Assembly (NCBI RefSeq): GCF_009914755.1
Contig: NC_060927.1
Strand: one strand, 5' to 3'
DNA length: 64,000 nucleotides
Source of the DNA: the human T2T-CHM13v2.0 reference genome, Homo sapiens
The position numbers were made by a program, and so were the translations under genes. This document shows, piece by piece, positions 56,381-64,000 of the stretch. The notes beneath the pieces were generated by a model. The model was given only the letters and a program-made list of their open reading frames with translations, did not search any database and was not told the origin of the DNA. How positions within the stretch are numbered: the stretch's first letter is position 1; every line of letters starts with the position of its first letter.

Positions 56381-56610
56381 CATTGTTACCCTACTTTTAT
56401 ATGTTCAAATTTTTCCATAATAAAGTGTTAACAGGCTGGGCACAGTGGCTCACGCCTGTAATCCCAGCACTTTGGGAGGCCGAGGCAGGCAGATCACCTT
56501 AGGTCAGGAGTTCAAAACCAGCCTGGCCAACATGGTGAAACCCCCGCCTTCACTAAAAATACAAAAATTAGCTGGGTGTGCTGGCAAGTGCCTGTAATCC
56601 TTGCTACTCA

Positions 56611-56715
<105 letters not shown>

Positions 56716-56719
56716 TCAG

Positions 56720-56757
<38 letters not shown>

Positions 56758-56758
56758 G

Positions 56759-57050
56759 GGCCGGGCGCGGTGGCTCACGCCTGTAATCCCAGCACTTTGG
56801 GAGGCCGAGGCGGGCGGATCACGAGGTCAGGAGATCAAGACCGTCCTGGCTAACACGGTGAAACCCCGTCTCTACTAAAAATACAAAAAAATTAGCTGGG
56901 CGAGGTGGCGGGCGCCTCTAGTCCCAGCTACTCGGGAGGCTGAGGCAGGAGAATGGCGTGAACCCCAGGGGGCAGAGCCTGCAGTGAGCCGAGATCATGC
57001 CACTGCGCTCCAGCCTGGGCGACAGCGAGACTCCGTCTCAAAAAAAAAAA
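56759..57050 (+). mobile_element. AluYe5-like young Alu, placed directly after an AluS (56434-56755)
   Basis: gggcgaggtggcggg, gaaccccagggggcagagcctgcag and gcgacagcgagact (2-bp deletion); CpG-rich. Confidence 0.7.
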
Positions 57051-57479
57051 GTTAACAAATAATTTTTTAAAAATATTCCTTATCCTACAGAAGTCAATTC
57101 AAAACACAATATTGTAGCTCAGTTGTATTCTTACTGATATGAATGAGATTGGTGTATTAGACTCACCTGTGAAGTTTAATTTTGTTCTCCAAAATTACAC
57201 GTCCAAATAATGTGCATATATCCGTGGATGCACACATGCATATACGTGTGTTAAGGGCATCAAATACAAAGGACGACTTGGAAACTGTTCCAGAGAGAAG
57301 TTATCTGAAGTAACTCTTATAACCTAATATGTTTTCTTGAGTGGTAAACAGACAGTGAAACAGCTAGTCCTTCAGGGATTACAAATAATTAGGCATGCTT
57401 TCAGGAGTGAATGTCTTATCTTGTCTCATCACCACAGAAATACCTTTGAGATCAATTGTTCTAGAATCTCTTGCTCCCA

Positions 57480-64000
<6,521 letters not shown>

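Overview
Human genomic DNA: Alu- and L1-dense, with a human-specific AluYb8. It contains the complete five-exon coding region of C3orf33 on the minus strand (exons 46022-46135, 42425-42484, 15581-15728, 7383-7543, 3390-3791). These splice in frame at GT-AG junctions to a 294-aa protein with an N-terminal hydrophobic segment and a degenerate staphylococcal-nuclease-like fold. The gene has a CpG-island promoter and a second, upstream splice donor that would give a 251-aa isoform. Also present: an old RPL7A processed pseudogene (about 437-1150), a full-length L1MA-type element nested inside an older L1MB-type element in intron 2, several LTRs and DNA transposons, a palindromic AT-rich VNTR seeded at an Alu target site, and probably the distal 3' UTR of the neighbouring minus-strand gene (SLC33A1 by recalled gene order). 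Nearly all ORFs in the supplied track are Alu or L1 artefacts. I found no evidence of a wholly new multi-gene system. The best leads are the pseudo-nuclease nature and isoform switch of C3orf33, plus several unusual repeat structures. Repeat subfamily calls and repeat boundaries are by eye and approximate.
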